A stretch of DNA of 64,000 nt from Podospora anserina (taxonomy: Eukaryota), in contig CM030336.1 in assembly GCA_017654855.1 (NCBI GenBank), positions 2,232,001-2,296,000 of the forward strand, given 5' to 3'. Position 1 is the first letter of the stretch, and the number at the start of each line of letters is the position of its first letter. Positions 59,932 to 64,000 of this stretch are shown in pieces. The notes beneath the pieces were generated by a model. It made no database searches. It saw nothing but the letters and a program-made list of their open reading frames with translations, and was not told where the DNA came from. The position numbers and the translations under genes are program-made.

Positions 59932-62900
59932 TCGAGGGGTGTCGTAGTTTAGGGGATATCGAACGCAGCATTCTACAGGGTGTTTCGAGAACCAAGCAAG
60001 GCTAGAGAAAGAAGTTTTACGAGTTTACATCAATGAATAGCTATTCCCAACCCACGTTACCGGGATGACTGAATACTGTGTGGTCTTGGGGGAGGTGACC
60101 AGCCTACATGTTCTGCTCCAATATACCTGACGTGTTGACAGGCCGCAGCTGGCCCATCGGGGGGACATCAGCCTCTCCCGGCACTGGGTACCAGTTGAGT
60201 GCCGGAGGTTATATACAACTGTGGATGTATGGTACCCAGAATAGCAGTACCCCACTGGGTCGCCTTTACTGGCCGCAAGGGATATGCCTTCACTTGCGGC
60301 TCTTGTATCCCGGTCGGTACAGCAGATGCAGGAACGGTTTCGTGTAAGAAAACCGAGAAGGGAATACGAATACTATTACGAAGACATAGCGGACAGTAGT
60401 GTTAGTAAAGAAGACGATGCTTGATCATGAGATTTGACATCGAATCGAAGAAAGTGAGCAGTGGGGGCGGTGCGAATGCTTAGTTTGAGCACTGATCCCA
60501 AATTATGGAATGGAGCTACTGTTTCCAAACAGCCAAGGCCAACGACCAGGGCCCACCCCACCACCCCGCCAAGCCATCATGAAACCGCAGCCATTCGTTT
60601 GGGAGACATCAACTCAGGTTGAGACATTGCGCCGAAGGGGGTAACAGCAAGGCAGGAACACGAGAAAGACCCCCAAGACACCGTATGAACGATGGATCTG
60701 TGTGAGAGACTGATGTCCGGCACAAATGTAAATTGGAGGGGGACCAACAGGCAGTGTCAGTCACTGTCACTCAGAAAATAGGCGCCCAACGGGAAGGGCA
60801 AAAACATGGCTGAGATGCGCCATTGGACCGTTGCGGAAGCGTGGGTAGCGTGTAAAGCTCCTAGCATGCAAGGCCAGTGAACCTGTGGTGCATAGACTGA
60901 ATGAGCAGATGCAGTGTGATTCATGAAGATGTTTCTATATACGGACATACATGTCGACATGCGATAAGATACGGATAGAAGCTGTCGTATGAATCCGAAA
61001 CAGCACATGGTCATCGAATCTCACCAGCCACTGCTCACCTGGTGTTAAGCGCCGGCTGATAGAAACAAGAAGGCTGCTGATATGGACGGACGGGCACAAC
61101 GGCGGGTGATCGGGCGGCCATATGTCGGGTCGGTAGTGTACCTAAGGTGGTGGTCGGGCGGGTCGTCCGTTTTGTGTCTGGACGTTACGGTGCCCCTCCA
61201 GACGGTGGGGATTGTGAAAAAGGAGGCGATGGTGAAGCTCCACGCGGGTTTCTCCATCCTCCATCGTCGTCTCTTTGGTTTCCAGAAGAAAAGGAGAACG
61301 GCTGGTGACTTTTACGCAAAGGTGCTATCCAAGGCGGGACCGGCTCTCCCGCTGCAACCCGGCGTTTTGAAGCCAACCCTGACGGCTTCAAGCGAGTCCA
61401 AATCGGGATCCGAACAAGCCTGGCCGCCCTCCAAAAGGGAAAAGCAGCCCAGACCACCTCCCCTCTTTCTTGGGCCCCTGAACAAATCCACCGAAACGGG
61501 CCAGACAGATCCTGAGATCCACGGCCGGGTGCTGGGGCTGCCCTGTCGAGGTGAGCCTCTCTGGTCAACGCTCCAAGATGTAATTAACACCTCCCTCTCC
61601 CTCGTCCTCGTCCTCGCCATCATCAGCATCAGCTTCATCCGTCTCTTCCTCCTCCAGTGTGTTTCCTGCCAGAAGAGAGAGACTGGAAATAGTCAAGTAA
61701 CGGCGACGTAACTCGACCTGTGCATCTCATTCGCTGCAGCCCACCTGCCCGCCTTTCCCTCCGCAGTCCAGAAAGCGGGGCAATTCTGTCGCGCACCCTG
61801 TCCTGTCGCAAGAGAGATCTCCCTTTTCCCCTCCTCCCTCTCGCTCTCTTTATTTTGGCGCTCGTTGTTTGTTTGGTTGCTGTCGAAGCTTCTTCACCGA
61901 CCGGCCACCATCCAGGCCGAACTTCAGCAAAGGTACGTGTGTTTCTTGTGTTGAATGCTGTTCTTGCTGTGATGGGCGCTTGGGCGCTGCCATCCTGCTC
62001 CCATCTTGTTCCCATCCCAGCCAAGTGTTTCCCCCTCACCACCGCCCCCTCTTCAAAAACCGAAGGATATGGACTGCAGGTGGTCTGGCGCCCCTCGATA
62101 GAAGCAGATCATACGAAGCACGCACCGCTAGCAACTATCGCCAAAACCCCTCCGGGAGTCGCTTCTCAACCTAGGCCCCACGCACTCGAGGAGAGCCAGG
62201 CGAGGTGTCTGATCGCCCGCCTTTCGGATAATCGTCATCCGGATAACCCCTGGGCAACAAAACACACTCGAACTGAGCTTCTAGAAGTCACCGTTCTTTG
62301 GATGGGGAAGAGGTGTTGCTCAGAGTAGGGCTTCTGACACCTGATCACCAACGCTCGACGTCCACTCCCGTGTCTTTGCTGGTGTGTGCGCCTGCGGTGC
62401 ATCGTGGGTGCCTGTGTGTTGCGTCCGCACGTTCGGTTGCCCCACGACGCCGAGGGGGAAGCTCTGCTGCTGGCGAGGGGCGCGGTTCCCCCCCCCCCCG
62501 TTGCTCTGTCTACCTACTTCTGGCAGCCGGGCCTGTACCTGAGCACCCGAGCGCAACACAGCGATCACCCGTATCGGATCTCCTGCCGCCACACACTTTC
62601 GGCTTTCTTACTTTCTCGGGGAGTTTTGGTTGGTCTTTTGTCACACAGCTGCTAACATGGCAATTGTCGCCTCATGATTAGACAAAACCTTTAATCGATC
62701 TCCCTACCACCACCATCACCTGCTTACTGGCACCTACGCCACGAACAAAGAACTTCCGACCTAACTTCACGAATTCTCTGTTTTGGCTACCCGTCCTTGC
62801 GCGGGTAAAAAGTGACTCGTCACCTCAACTGCTGAAGAAATATCTGAGACAAGGTGTGTTCAGCTCTGTCTTCCGCGCTCCTATATGCAACAAGCTGACA

Positions 62901-63103
62901 TGGCAGTAAATAGCAGTTTTGTTCTGCTCCGGCGATCGATATACAACTACATCTCCATTCGAGCCCCCTTCACCCTTGCCGAGAGAGCTGGTCTGTCATA
63001 CCACTGGGTTGCTCGCAAGGCCAGCGCCCCTTCCCACCACCCCTATCTCTGGGGAATCATACTCAAATCACTAGCTTCGCAAATCCACTCTCCCTAATCC
63101 AAC

Positions 63104-64000
<897 letters not shown>

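Noticed and set aside
61082..62681. ORFs of 209, 202 and 127 aa upstream of the MAP kinase
   Set aside because: No homology cues; better explained as promoter, 5'-UTR exon and UTR intron.

Overview
Eukaryotic, intron-containing, gene-dense DNA from a filamentous ascomycete (Sordariomycetes/Sordariales type). The protein sequences, short GT-AG introns with CTRAC branch sites and gene content resemble Podospora/Neurospora; the species is inferred, not verified. I can reconstruct 22 protein-coding genes by hand. In order they are: cystathionine gamma-synthase (runs off the left edge), a VOC-like unknown protein, EMG1/NEP1, a secreted (GNGQ)27-repeat protein, an Slm1-like BAR-PH protein, a DHA2 MFS transporter, GAR1, a TPR-DnaJ co-chaperone, mitoferrin, ATG9, COG6, a spastin/fidgetin-like AAA ATPase, mitochondrial uS17, Ldb17/Dip1, LRO1, MAK3, a DUF1917 protein, DPH7, MSN5, a Zn2Cys6 transcription factor, a small unknown membrane protein and SEC24. 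A 23rd gene, a Fus3/Kss1-type MAP kinase, runs off the right edge. I see no transposon, tRNA, rRNA, CRISPR array or secondary-metabolite cluster. This is mostly core genome, and no novel multi-gene system is demonstrable. The best leads are: (1) an unusually long, self-complementary first intron in EMG1 with H/ACA-like geometry, alternative pairing partners and a Nep1-binding-like UUCAAC next to the branch site; (2) the secreted protein with a long N/Q/G tandem repeat; (3) a long, apparently twice-spliced, AUG-free 5' leader of the MAP kinase; (4) an exact SreA-type iron element upstream of mitoferrin. Exon boundaries were read by eye and need RNA-seq confirmation.
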